DNA of 64,000 nucleotides, from NCBI GenBank assembly GCA_965204745.1, contig OZ242010.1, positions 2,592,001 to 2,656,000 on the forward strand. The letters are read 5' to 3'. Under the pieces are notes generated by a model, which saw only the letters and a program-made list of their open reading frames with translations, was not told the DNA's origin and searched no databases. Each line of letters opens with the position of its first letter. The first letter of the stretch is position 1. The stretch comes from Candidatus Latescibacterota bacterium. Lineage in GTDB: Bacteria; Latescibacterota; UBA2968. Both the position numbers and the translations under genes were made by a program. This document shows positions 8,977 through 18,379 of the stretch, one piece after another.

Positions 8977-9984
8977 TCAAGGGGTTTTCGGGGTGATTCG
9001 ATAGAATTTTTCGCCCTCAAAATCTTGGTCATGGCGCAACATGCCCCAGATCGAATGGAGCAACTTTCGCATCACCGCAACGATAGCCTGCAAAGGTTTC
9101 TTGCCGCGGGCGATGAGTTGGTCATAGAAGGCTTTGACATGGCCTTCGTGTCTGATGGCCACCCAGGCAGGCATATAGAGGGCATGGCGGAGGTACTTAT
9201 TCCCGGTTTTCGAGATGCGTCTTTGTGGATTGGCGGTTCCGGATTGTTTGGGTTTGGGATCCAGGCCTGCATGTGCGACCCACTGGGGCGGTTGCATCTC
9301 CTCTGGCAAAAGGGTCAACTCGGCCAAGAGCCGCAAGGCACTCGTTTGCGCGATGCCAGGCGTCGAGCAGAGGCGTTGGTAGGCACGCTTGAGGGGCTCA
9401 TCGTGCAAAACGAGATCGAGGGCTTGGCTTTCCAAGTATGCAATCCGGCGTTTGAAGTGTCGAATATTCACCTGAATATCGCGTGCGATGAGACGTGTGC
9501 TGCGGATGTGGTAGCTCTGCGCGTGGTTGCGGCTCTGTTCGCGGATGATCTCCTGCTTGAGTTGGTCAATGCGTCTGGTGAGGGCTTGCAGTTGAAGCCG
9601 TTGCTCGCTCGGCGCTTGCCAAGGCACAAAAGGCATGCGCTCGGCATAGTCGAGGATCAACAACGCATCCTTCGCATCCGTCTTCGCCCGTTGCATGCAG
9701 GCTTGGGCGTACTTGCTCATCGCTTTGGGATTGACGACCATGACCTTTGTGTGGCGATGCCGATGCAAGGCCAAGGCCACCCCCAAACTGTAAAGCCCGG
9801 TCGCTTCGAGGCACACAGAGACCATGTGCCCGCCCTTCGTGAGCCACTTCAGCAACCGCTTATGCGCTTGGGGATCATTGGCAAAGGTCGCTTGCATGAC
9901 AGCTTGTCCGGGTCTGGACAGGGCAACGGACAACGTGCGGGCACTGACATCAATGCCGGCAAAAGCGGGGTGAGATTTCGACAT
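8977..9984 (-). CDS. IS110-family DEDD recombinase/transposase
   Basis: GIDVS, CLEATG and KTDAKDA acidic residues; PGIA and AGLDP...QSG (catalytic Ser) in the C-terminal domain; GGAGG RBS. Confidence 0.95.
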   Translation of the reverse strand: MSKSHPAFAGIDVSARTLSVALSRPGQAVMQATFANDPQAHKRLLKWLTKGGHMVSVCLEATGLYSLGVALALHRHRHTKVMVVNPKAMSKYAQACMQRAKTDAKDALLILDYAERMPFVPWQAPSEQRLQLQALTRRIDQLKQEIIREQSRNHAQSYHIRSTRLIARDIQVNIRHFKRRIAYLESQALDLVLHDEPLKRAYQRLCSTPGIAQTSALRLLAELTLLPEEMQPPQWVAHAGLDPKPKQSGTANPQRRISKTGNKYLRHALYMPAWVAIRHEGHVKAFYDQLIARGKKPLQAIVAVMRKLLHSIWGMLRHDQDFEGEKFYRITPKTP

Positions 9985-10024
9985 GGGGGCCTCCTGTGAT
10001 GAGGGGGTTGTAAGGGATCTGGTG

Positions 10025-10237
10025 CGCGCTCGGGGTCGCGTCCCGACCATTGACGCCAAGTCTACCGGTCTTGTATATGCAGCCTCAAGGGGCTTAGATA
10101 CTCTTCGGCATAGACCCGGCGGTCGGGGGGCCTATCTTACCTACAAGGTCATCGCCTTCAAGAGGGGCCGGCCTTCCCCGAGCCGGGCATCAAGATGGCT
10201 TATCTCGATACGAGGGCGCAACTCCTAATTAACCCTT
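10025..10237 (-). ncRNA. Predicted IS110 bridge RNA
   Basis: Two internal loops with guides matching target (CCCCTCTT, AGGTAAGA) and donor (AGAGTATCT, ATACAAGA); RNA ends are estimated. Confidence 0.8.
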
Positions 10238-10256
10238 ACTTCCAAGATACAAGAGG

Positions 10257-10339
10257 GGTGGCCTTCTCACGTCTTGCCTCTACCTTCTTACCTTTTTAAG
10301 GTGGCCTTCTCACGTCTTGCCTCTACCTTCTCACCTTTT
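10257..10339 (+). repeat. 43-bp direct duplication of pyrimidine-rich heptamer-like sequence
   Basis: GGTGGCCTTCTCACGTCTTGCCTCTACCTTCT(T/C)ACCTTTTT twice; partly complementary to the 8884-8961 array. Confidence 0.75.
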
Positions 10340-10345
10340 TGGGTG

Positions 10346-10370
10346 TAGGGGCGTTGCCCCGTGCCTGCCC
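10346..10370 (+). repeat. GTAG-type REP
   Basis: GTAGGGGCGTTGCCCCGTGCCTGCCC; related copies at ~46090 and ~55642. Confidence 0.65.
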
Positions 10371-10700
10371 AAAGGCATGGGCTGACCTGCTGTTGGTCAG
10401 TATGCTTGTTGTTCAGCATCCAAGGAGTAAAAGCGAGAGGCGAGAGGGCCATTACGGTCTTCTCGCCTTTTGCGTACTGAATAAAGTCATTTCAGTTTTT
10501 GAAGGGCTTTTGCACAGGTTTATTTTTTTTGGTCGCGTTGCGTGGGTTGCAGAGTTCAATACCCACTGGGGTAAATGTCGCCATCCATGCTTGCTCGATC
10601 TCAGGATCTTTTGTGGGCCACTTTTCGATAAAAATGACCCACAACGAATTTTGTGGGACATAAATGTCCAACAAAACCCGCGCTGATGTGTAAATCAGCA

Positions 10701-11174
10701 TCAAAACACCTCGTGTCCCTCCACGACATTGACGAGTTCAAAGAACGCCAGAACGTTTGATCTCCGGCCGCTTCCGCGAAAAATTACCCGCAGAACATCT
10801 CCTTTGCACAAGGCGTCCAGAATCCGGCGTGCTGTCTTTGCCGGAATGCCCGCTTCGGCAACAAAGAGCGAACTCGAAAAGACCGGACGCTCAAATTGAA
10901 TGTCGTCGCGGCGTTCGGGCGACGCCATCTCTCGTCCCGCCTCAAATTCCAACACCTCGCCCATCGTGGCTTGCGTGCCTTCAATGCGCGAGGACAGCAC
11001 GGCCTCTCGAGTCGTGAGCGGCGAGCGTAAAACGCCGGGGTTCGGGATGGCAGAAAGCATGCCGTCGTAACGCGCCACCGCCCCGGCCGCCGGGCCGATC
11101 AGTAGAATCAGCACTTGCCAGTCAAGGTTTGCGGGGGGAAACTGCCCCGCGTGGTAATGGATTGCTACCATCAT
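10701..11174 (-). pseudogene. Fic-family gene with an in-frame loss of the catalytic Fic core
   Basis: Fic_N motif EAVLSSRIEGTQ joined directly to a C-terminal HTH (GSGRR); no HPFxDGNGR motif. Confidence 0.7.
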
Positions 11175-11424
11175 CGCGCCCTTCGGACAATGCGAACTGA
11201 CCGATGAGTTATTCTGCAAATCGAGTTATCTTTCAAAGTTCGGGTTTCATCATACTCAGGGTTTGCCATTTCTTCAAGGACTTTTTTGATTTTCGCCCCA
11301 GCTTGATCGCCATGCATGTTTTGGCATTGCAACGCATTTGGGTTTGTCTTATTATTTTGACGACTTCGCCTCCCGTCCGCATTAGGGGTAGATATTTGCA
11401 CGATACAACTGTGGAGTTGAGAAA

Positions 11425-12822
11425 ATGAAAATACGAATAAAAAACCTCGGAATCTTAAAGCAGGCTGAATTTTCGCTGGGCGATTTGACCATCATCTGCG
11501 GCGAAAATAACACCGGCAAAACGTATATGGCTTACGCGCTGTATGATTTCTTACGGTCTTGGCACGAATTTATCCCTGTTCCGGTAAGCGATGCCCAGAT
11601 CCAAAATTTGATTGCAGACGGTGTCCTCAATATCGGATTAAAACAATATGTCAAAAAAGCCGATCAGATGCTCGCGGCGGCATGCGGGAAGTACAAGGAT
11701 AAACTGGACGCTGTTTTTGCAGCACCCGAAGGCAGGTTTGATAACAGTGAATTTCAAATTCAGGTAAAAATTCCCGATGATATTTTACAAAAAGAAATAA
11801 CAGGAAACACGCCGTTCATTACCTTTTTAAAGAGAAAAGGGTATGAAGAATTGATGGTTACTTTAGAAGAAAAAAAACAAGAAAAAAATAGGGATTCCTT
11901 TATTCAGAGCATTCAAAAAGCCGCATATATAGAAAGGTTCATTGGTTTGATTATCAGTAGGGTTATTTTTGGTGATTCCTTTCCCCGGCCCTTTATCGCT
12001 TCAGCCGAGCGCACTGGCGTAGCTATTTTTCGCAAAGAATTGAATTTTGCCCGCAACCGCCTGCTTGACGAAATAGCCCAAGCAGAAAAAAAAATTGATC
12101 CGAGACAGTTGCTATTCAAAGAGTACCAAAATTACCCTTCGCCAATAGAAGCCACTGTGGAATTTACGCGCCAACTTGAAGATGTTGCAAAAAGAAAAAG
12201 CTTTATCACGAAAGAACACCCGGAAGTGTTGGAAGACTTGGCCGATATTATAGGTGGGGATTACAGTCTGCTACAAAATGACCGACTCTACTATAAACCC
12301 AAAGGGACGCGGGTTTGGTTGACGATGGTCGAGAGTTCTAGTGCGGTGCGTTCATTGCTGGATATGGGGGTTTATCTGCGCCATGTCGCTCAAAAGGGGG
12401 ACCTGTTGATGGTAGATGAGCCGGAGTTAAACCTTCATCCAGAAAACCAACGCCGCATTGCCAGGCTGTTTGCGCGGCTGGTAAATGTGGGGGTAAAGGT
12501 CTTTATCACCACCCACAGCGATTACATCGTCAAAGAACTGAATACCCTCATCATGCTCAATCACGACAAGCCACACCTAAAAAGAATTGCCGAAGAAAAC
12601 GGCTATCGGGATGTCGAATTGCTCAGGCCAGATCAGATCAAAGTATATACGGCTCAAGAGGCGTTGATGCCCTTAGAAGAAGGGCAAAAGAGACGCCGCA
12701 GAGGTCACACACTCGTGGCGGCTGAAATTGACCCCGAACTCGGCATTGAGGCCCCTAGCTTTGACGAGACGATTAATGACATGAACAGGATTCAGGAAGA
12801 CATTATTTGGGGAGCGGAGTAA
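11425..12822 (+). CDS. AAA_15/AAA_21-like (AbiEii/OLD-type) ABC ATPase
   Basis: IKNLG N-terminus, Walker A GENNTGKT, SSSAV signature, VDEPELNLHP, ITTHS; visibly lower GC than flanks. Confidence 0.9.
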   Translation: MKIRIKNLGILKQAEFSLGDLTIICGENNTGKTYMAYALYDFLRSWHEFIPVPVSDAQIQNLIADGVLNIGLKQYVKKADQMLAAACGKYKDKLDAVFAAPEGRFDNSEFQIQVKIPDDILQKEITGNTPFITFLKRKGYEELMVTLEEKKQEKNRDSFIQSIQKAAYIERFIGLIISRVIFGDSFPRPFIASAERTGVAIFRKELNFARNRLLDEIAQAEKKIDPRQLLFKEYQNYPSPIEATVEFTRQLEDVAKRKSFITKEHPEVLEDLADIIGGDYSLLQNDRLYYKPKGTRVWLTMVESSSAVRSLLDMGVYLRHVAQKGDLLMVDEPELNLHPENQRRIARLFARLVNVGVKVFITTHSDYIVKELNTLIMLNHDKPHLKRIAEENGYRDVELLRPDQIKVYTAQEALMPLEEGQKRRRRGHTLVAAEIDPELGIEAPSFDETINDMNRIQEDIIWGAE

Positions 12823-12827
12823 GCGGC

Positions 12828-13379
12828 ATGGAAGATATTGAAATATTGCGAGAAATGCTCATCGCCGATGTTCGAGTTCCGCTACAACCGAGGCAGGGTA
12901 GGCCGGCTGTTGAACTTACAGATGAACAGAGCAAAACAATTGTGGAAATAAAAGGGCTACCTCATGACTCTGTTGTTATCAAAGCGGAGGCTTTTGAAGG
13001 CCCTCTGAACATCTTTCGAGGTTCAAAAATGGAACGCAGGCGGGCTGATTTTGTGATTGTATCCAATGAGGATACAAAGAAGTGGATTGTCTGCATTGAA
13101 ATCCAAGCGGGGAATAGCAAAAAGGCAACGCACATTAAAGCGCAATTAAAAGGCGCGCAATGCTTTATGGGTTACTGCAAATGTATCGGAAGGTCATTTT
13201 GGGAATCGAAAAATTTTCTCGACAACTACCAATACCGGTTCGTGTGCATGGCAAATATCAACCAGGACAAAAGACCGACACGTCCCAATAGGCAACCATT
13301 ACACGACAGCCCCGAGAAGTTTCTGAAACTTCCTGGCAACGCTCACCATTTTAATAAATTGATCTGGCGAGAATCTTGA
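12828..13379 (+). CDS. Hypothetical protein, putative PD-(D/E)xK-like nuclease partner of the ATPase
   Basis: RRADFVIV...IVCIEIQ...QLKG pattern; starts 5 bp after the ATPase stop. Confidence 0.65.
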   Translation: MEDIEILREMLIADVRVPLQPRQGRPAVELTDEQSKTIVEIKGLPHDSVVIKAEAFEGPLNIFRGSKMERRRADFVIVSNEDTKKWIVCIEIQAGNSKKATHIKAQLKGAQCFMGYCKCIGRSFWESKNFLDNYQYRFVCMANINQDKRPTRPNRQPLHDSPEKFLKLPGNAHHFNKLIWRES

Positions 13380-13401
13380 TGGCCCTGCCTCAAAGGAGTC
13401 A

Positions 13402-14521
13402 ATGACCATGACATTACAAGCGGGAATCGTTGGGTGCGGGAACATCAGCCGAAGCCATGCAGCAGCTTATACAGGCTTGAACGATGTGGCCCTCGTCGCG
13501 ATGTGCGATGTGGATGTCGAGGCATGCAAGACGCGCGGAGACGAACATGGCGTGCGTGCATGCTACGCGGATTACGAGGAGATGTTTGCGGCGGAAAATT
13601 TGGATCTCGTCAGCATTTGCACCCACGCGCCCCTGCACGCGCCCATTGCCATGGCCGCTGCAAAAGCCGGCGTTCACGTTCTGTGTGAAAAGCCCTTGTC
13701 CATTGATCTGCAAAGTGCCGATGCCATGATCGCGGCCTGTCGCGAGGCCGAGGTGCGACTGGCCGTGAGTCACCAATATCGGTTTAGCCCGCTGTATCGG
13801 CGCGCCAAGGCCTGGATCGCATCAGGGCGGATCGGCCAGTTGCGCGCCATCCGCGAGATCGGCAAGGGCCGCGAGGCGGGTTTCGAGTTGATGGAAATGG
13901 GGGTTCACTACTTCGACGAGATGGATTTTTTTATGGAGGGCATTGCGTGGGTTCACGCGCAAATCACCTATCGGGGCCGTGAAGCCGGCGTTGAAGACAT
14001 CATGCACAGCAGCGAATTGTGCAAGACAGACCGGCGCGACAATGGCATGGTCGCCGGCGACGCGATGATGATCCATGTAGGCGGACGGGATGGGACTTCG
14101 GGGATGGTCGAACTCTACCGCCGCACGTCTCGAGCAGGGTGGCTGGCAGGCCCCCACATTTTAGGGGATGAGGGGCAGATGATGATCAAACCCAATCCCA
14201 CGAGCGGCAGGGTCGAAATGTGGTATTGCCCCTTTGACGTGTCATTCGCGGCCCACACGCCGCAATGGGAGCAGGTGGAACTAGAAGCGGAAGCCTTTGT
14301 CATTGATGGCAAGGCATGGCCTGCCCTGCATTCGATCTGGAGCGTGCGAGATATGGTACGCGCCATCCGAGAAGGCCGGCAACCCGAACGAACTCGGCGG
14401 CGCGAAAGCATGCGTGTCCTTGGCGTGCGTCAGTGCGGTGTACGAGTCGCACTTCACCGGCAGGCGAGCCTATTTGCCGCTGCGAGACCGCAGCCATCCG
14501 CTCGTCGCACGGCTGCGATGA
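13402..14521 (+). pseudogene. Gfo/Idh/MocA oxidoreductase with a late frameshift
   Basis: GIVGCGNI and CEKP motifs; a GAAC duplication at 14386-14393 moves the expected C-terminus (AVYESHFTGRRAYLPL) into another frame. Confidence 0.8.
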
Positions 14522-14536
14522 GGAAAGCCGCAAGAC

Positions 14537-16192
14537 TCATAGCAAGCACACCTTGGCTTGTAATTCATCCACGAGGACTTTTTGGTTCTCCGAATAATCC
14601 ACGGGGATGTCGACGACATGCACGCCGCCGGTGGCGTAGCACTGGGTCAGCAGGGGGGCGATCATTTCCGTGGCGGTTACGCGGTGCCCGTGCGCGCCGT
14701 AGCTCTTGGCGTAGGTGACGAAATCCGGGTTGCCAAATTCCAGACCAAAATCCGGAAGCCCCATGTCGTATTGTTTCCAGCGAATCATGCCGTACGCATC
14801 GTCTCTTAAAATCAGGACGACGAGGTCGAGGTCGAGGCGGACAGCGGTTTCCAACTCTTGGCTGTTCATCATAAACCCCCCGTCGCCGCAAATCGCCATC
14901 ACCCGTCGGTGGGGATAAAACCGCGTGGCCTCAATGGCCGAGGGCAATCCCGCGCCCATCGTCGCCAAGGCATTGTCTAACAGCACGGTATTGGGTTGCG
15001 TGGTGGGGTAGTTGCGCGCAAACCAGATTTTGTACACGCCGTTGTCCAGCGCGATGATGCCGTCTTCGGGCATGGCTTTTCGCACGTCCCAAACCAAGCG
15101 TTGGGGCTTGACCGGAAAGCCGTTGTCGTCTTCGCCGATGTGAATGTGTTCTTGGATTTGTTCGCGGATACGCATGTAATAGTCAAAATCGTGCGCCTCG
15201 GTTTTGCCGGCTCTGTCGGCGAGGCGGCGCATCGTGTTGGCAATGTCGCCCACCACTTCCAGTTGTGGAAAATACACATTGTCCACCACCGCGGATTTGA
15301 AGTTGATGTGGATCACGCGGGTTGCCCCCTCATCGTGCGACATGAAAAAGGGCGGCTTTTCCACCACGTCGTGCCCGACATTGAGGATCAGATCTGCGCG
15401 GTCAATGGCGCAGTGGAGATAGTCGCCATCGGACAATGCCGCCGTGCCCAAATACAGGGGATGGCGGTCGCCCACAACGCCCTTGCCGAGTTGGGTATTG
15501 AAAAAGGGAATGCCGGTTTTGTCGAGAAAGCGCGCGATGGATTCCCAGATGCGCTTGCGATTGGTGCCCGCGCCCAAGAGCATCAAGGGCCGCACGGCGT
15601 CTTTGATCATGTCCACGGCATTGTCAATGGCGCGGTCATTGGCGTCCCCGCGCAAGCAAGTGCTGATGTTGAAGATCGGCGTGGTGTGTTCGTCGACGGG
15701 CTCTAACGCCACATCTTCCGGCAATTCCAGATGCACGGCCCCCGGGCGTTCTTCTTGTGCGAGCCGAAATGCCTCCCGCACTATCGAGGGGATCATGCCC
15801 ACATTGACAATTTGCCGGGTGTACTTGGTCAGGGGTTCCATCATCCGCACCACGTCGATGATCTGAAATTGGCCTTGCTTGCTCTTTTTGATCGGCTTTT
15901 GGCCCGTGATCATGAGCAAGGGCATGCCGCCCAACTGGGCATAGGCCGCGCCGGTCACAAAATTGGTCGCGCCGGGCCCGAGGGTGGCAAGGCAAACGCC
16001 GGCCTTCCCGGTCAGACGCCCATAAGTCGCCGCCATAAACGCCGCGCCCTGTTCGTGCCGCGTCAAAATGAGTTGGATGCGCGATTTGCGAAGGGCCTCG
16101 AGAAAAGCGAGATTTTCTTCGCCCGGCACCCCGTAAATATGCGTCACGCCTTCGTTTTCCAATGCTTTGACAAACAAATCCGAAGCGTTCAT
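14537..16192 (-). CDS. Acetolactate synthase large subunit-like ThDP enzyme
   Basis: GVPGEEN, RHEQGAAFMA, GDGGF ThDP-binding motif. Confidence 0.92.
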   Translation of the reverse strand: MNASDLFVKALENEGVTHIYGVPGEENLAFLEALRKSRIQLILTRHEQGAAFMAATYGRLTGKAGVCLATLGPGATNFVTGAAYAQLGGMPLLMITGQKPIKKSKQGQFQIIDVVRMMEPLTKYTRQIVNVGMIPSIVREAFRLAQEERPGAVHLELPEDVALEPVDEHTTPIFNISTCLRGDANDRAIDNAVDMIKDAVRPLMLLGAGTNRKRIWESIARFLDKTGIPFFNTQLGKGVVGDRHPLYLGTAALSDGDYLHCAIDRADLILNVGHDVVEKPPFFMSHDEGATRVIHINFKSAVVDNVYFPQLEVVGDIANTMRRLADRAGKTEAHDFDYYMRIREQIQEHIHIGEDDNGFPVKPQRLVWDVRKAMPEDGIIALDNGVYKIWFARNYPTTQPNTVLLDNALATMGAGLPSAIEATRFYPHRRVMAICGDGGFMMNSQELETAVRLDLDLVVLILRDDAYGMIRWKQYDMGLPDFGLEFGNPDFVTYAKSYGAHGHRVTATEMIAPLLTQCYATGGVHVVDIPVDYSENQKVLVDELQAKVCLL

Positions 16193-16575
16193 AAGTTCCC
16201 CTTTGCGTTATGGCTTCACCGCCACCGCCGCACAGAGTTTGTGGTCGTGCGGTTGTATATTATCACAAATTTCCAAATATACGGAAAACTTTGAAAAAAA
16301 TTAGGGAATTATATACTTAACGAAACGAGGATATGTTGTTATATTCCTCTAAGCAACTGGTTAAAGGGGAAGCAAAGGGCATTGGGTTGATCCAAGTATA
16401 TAATCCCCTATTTTTATTTTTCAAAAAATTATTTTGGAATTATCGGGACCTACCCCCTAACTTAGTTATCCGCTCCGCTATGCTCGGGGTATATGAGGTT
16501 TAACCTGCGAAAAGCGAATGCTTTTGTGACTATTCAAGTTATCTCAGTACGTCGGGTTTTGGGGCTGTTGTGCGG

Positions 16576-16655
16576 ACTGGACTGACTGACACTGACCACT
16601 GACTACTGACTACTGACCACTGACCACTGACTACTGACCACTGACCACTGACCAC
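16576..16655 (+). repeat. Heptamer tandem array (ACTGACC/ACTGACT)n upstream of sat
   Basis: About 10 directly visible units. Confidence 0.9.
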
Positions 16656-16673
16656 CAATACGGAGATATCCAA

Positions 16674-17936
16674 ATGTCCGATACACACCCGGGGCTAATC
16701 GCGCCCCACGGCGGTTTGGCGACACCAGTCAATCGCACGGTTGCAGATGTCGAATCCTTTTTGACCGAGGCGTGCAAATTGTCGCGCATTTTGGTCAGCG
16801 ATGCCGATTTGTCCTCGGTGTATCGCTTTGGCGATGGCGGGTTGAGCCCGCTCACCGGGCCGATGGACGCACAGACGTATCATCGGGTGCTGGATGAAGC
16901 GGTCATTGAAGTCGATGGCACGCGCTATGCGTGGACCATTCCCATCTCCTTGCCCGTGCGCGCCGATGTTGCCAAAACCCTCTCTGTTGGGCAACGCGTC
17001 GCGCTGGAAAACAGATCTGGCGAGATCGTGGCCGCGCTGGATATCAACGACATTTTTGAATGGGACAAACCCACGTACCTCGAGCGCGTTTATTTGACCG
17101 AGCGCACGGATCACCCTGGCGCGGATATGGCGTTGCACGGCGATGCGGACAAGACCCACCTCTTGGGCGGCGAGATTCAAGTGCTTCCCCAACCGCGCAA
17201 TCCGCATTTTGGACAATACGTGCTCGGTCCGCGCGAAGTCAGACGCGCATTGGCACGCAAAGGCTGGGCCCGCGTCGTGGCGTTTCAAACGCGCAATGCC
17301 CTGCACCGGGCGCACGAATACGCGCTGGTCTATGGTTTGGAAACCCTGTTGCGCCAAGGCCACAACGCAGGAGCCTGCCTCAACCCGCTGGTGGGCGAAA
17401 CCAAATCGGACGACGTGCCCGCCGATGTTCGCATGCAAACCTACGAAGCCCTGATCGCAGAGCGGGGGTTGGGCGAGGGCGATAGCGATGCGGCCCTGTG
17501 GGAAGCGCGCGGGGAATCCGTCTCGGACCGGGTGATCTTGTTGGGCTTGGATATCAAGATGTTTTACGCCGGCCCCAAAGAAGCCGTAATGCACGCGATC
17601 TACCGGCAGAACTTTGGATTTACCGACATCATCATCGGCCGCAAGCACGCAGACGCGCCCTATCACGACGGCAGCGCGATTTGGGGGGATTTCGATGCCC
17701 AAGCCATTTTCGATCACCTCGACGGCGACCTACAGATCCAACCCGTGAACGTGGGATTCGCCGCTTATTACGAGTCCATTGGCCGCGTGGATTTAATGGA
17801 ACACCACGCCGATGAAACGCCGGTCTTCATCTCCGGCTCGCAAGTGCGCGAGACCCTCGGCAAGGGCGAGCAAGTCGATCCCCGCATCATGCGCCCGAGC
17901 ACATCCGAGATTTTGAGCAGAGCGATGAAGGGGTAG
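16674..17936 (+). CDS. sat: Sulfate adenylyltransferase (ATP sulfurylase)
   Basis: [42 protein letters not shown] motifs. Confidence 0.93.
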   Translation: MSDTHPGLIAPHGGLATPVNRTVADVESFLTEACKLSRILVSDADLSSVYRFGDGGLSPLTGPMDAQTYHRVLDEAVIEVDGTRYAWTIPISLPVRADVAKTLSVGQRVALENRSGEIVAALDINDIFEWDKPTYLERVYLTERTDHPGADMALHGDADKTHLLGGEIQVLPQPRNPHFGQYVLGPREVRRALARKGWARVVAFQTRNALHRAHEYALVYGLETLLRQGHNAGACLNPLVGETKSDDVPADVRMQTYEALIAERGLGEGDSDAALWEARGESVSDRVILLGLDIKMFYAGPKEAVMHAIYRQNFGFTDIIIGRKHADAPYHDGSAIWGDFDAQAIFDHLDGDLQIQPVNVGFAAYYESIGRVDLMEHHADETPVFISGSQVRETLGKGEQVDPRIMRPSTSEILSRAMKG

Positions 17937-17939
17937 GGA

Positions 17940-17980
17940 TCAGTAGTCAGTAGTCAGTAGTCAGTTGTCAGTTGTCAGTC
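17940..17980 (+). repeat. Heptamer array (TCAGTAG)n downstream of sat
   Basis: Reverse complement of the upstream array type. Confidence 0.85.
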
Positions 17981-18379
17981 CCCACACCGCCCTACCGCAT
18001 TCCCCAACCGCCCGTGCGTGCCCAGCCGCTCTAACCATCCACCCGTGCGTGCCCGTCCCGTCCCCACCCCGCCGTGTGCGTGACCCACCGCCCTGCCGCC
18101 GCTTCATCGTTTCCCTCGCAAAACCTCTCGCCATTCCCCCGTCCTCTCCTGTGCATGCCCATCTCATCTCGCCCTTTTGTGTTTTGAACTGGTTGTACCC
18201 CGCTCGTGCCTTTGAACTGGCTGTCGCCAGTTGTACCTCGCTCGTGGCTAATCGCATCTCTCCTCTTGTATCTTTCCACAGGGGCATCGCCCGCCATCTC
18301 TGTCGGTTGGGAATTGCGCGGATTACCCCCTCCGCTTTTGGTCCGATCCTTTTCTGCGCCCTTCGCCCTACCTTCGTCC

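Larger units (their letters stand above)
8958..10254 (-). mobile_element. IS110-family insertion sequence, complete; core TCTT (AAGA on +) at both junctions
   Basis: DEDD recombinase gene plus a ~270-bp upstream non-coding end; no terminal inverted repeats; the RE boundary is also seen in the copy at 63497. Confidence 0.93.

Noticed and set aside
8878-9999. 373-aa plus-strand ORF, and other long antisense ORFs (e.g. 28524-30047, 44645-45973, 59473-61515, 1223-2596)
   Set aside because: Shadow frames of well-supported genes on the opposite strand in GC-rich DNA
10380-10704. Small ORFs between IS110 and the Fic remnant
   Set aside because: Three overlapping short ORFs with no motif support; none can be chosen
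6922-13400. Integrative element or prophage at tRNA-Pro
   Set aside because: No integrase or phage genes, and I saw no duplicated tRNA 3' end
16200-16570. SAM or other riboswitch upstream of sat
   Set aside because: No recognisable aptamer consensus; AT-rich divergent promoter region plus a MITE fragment
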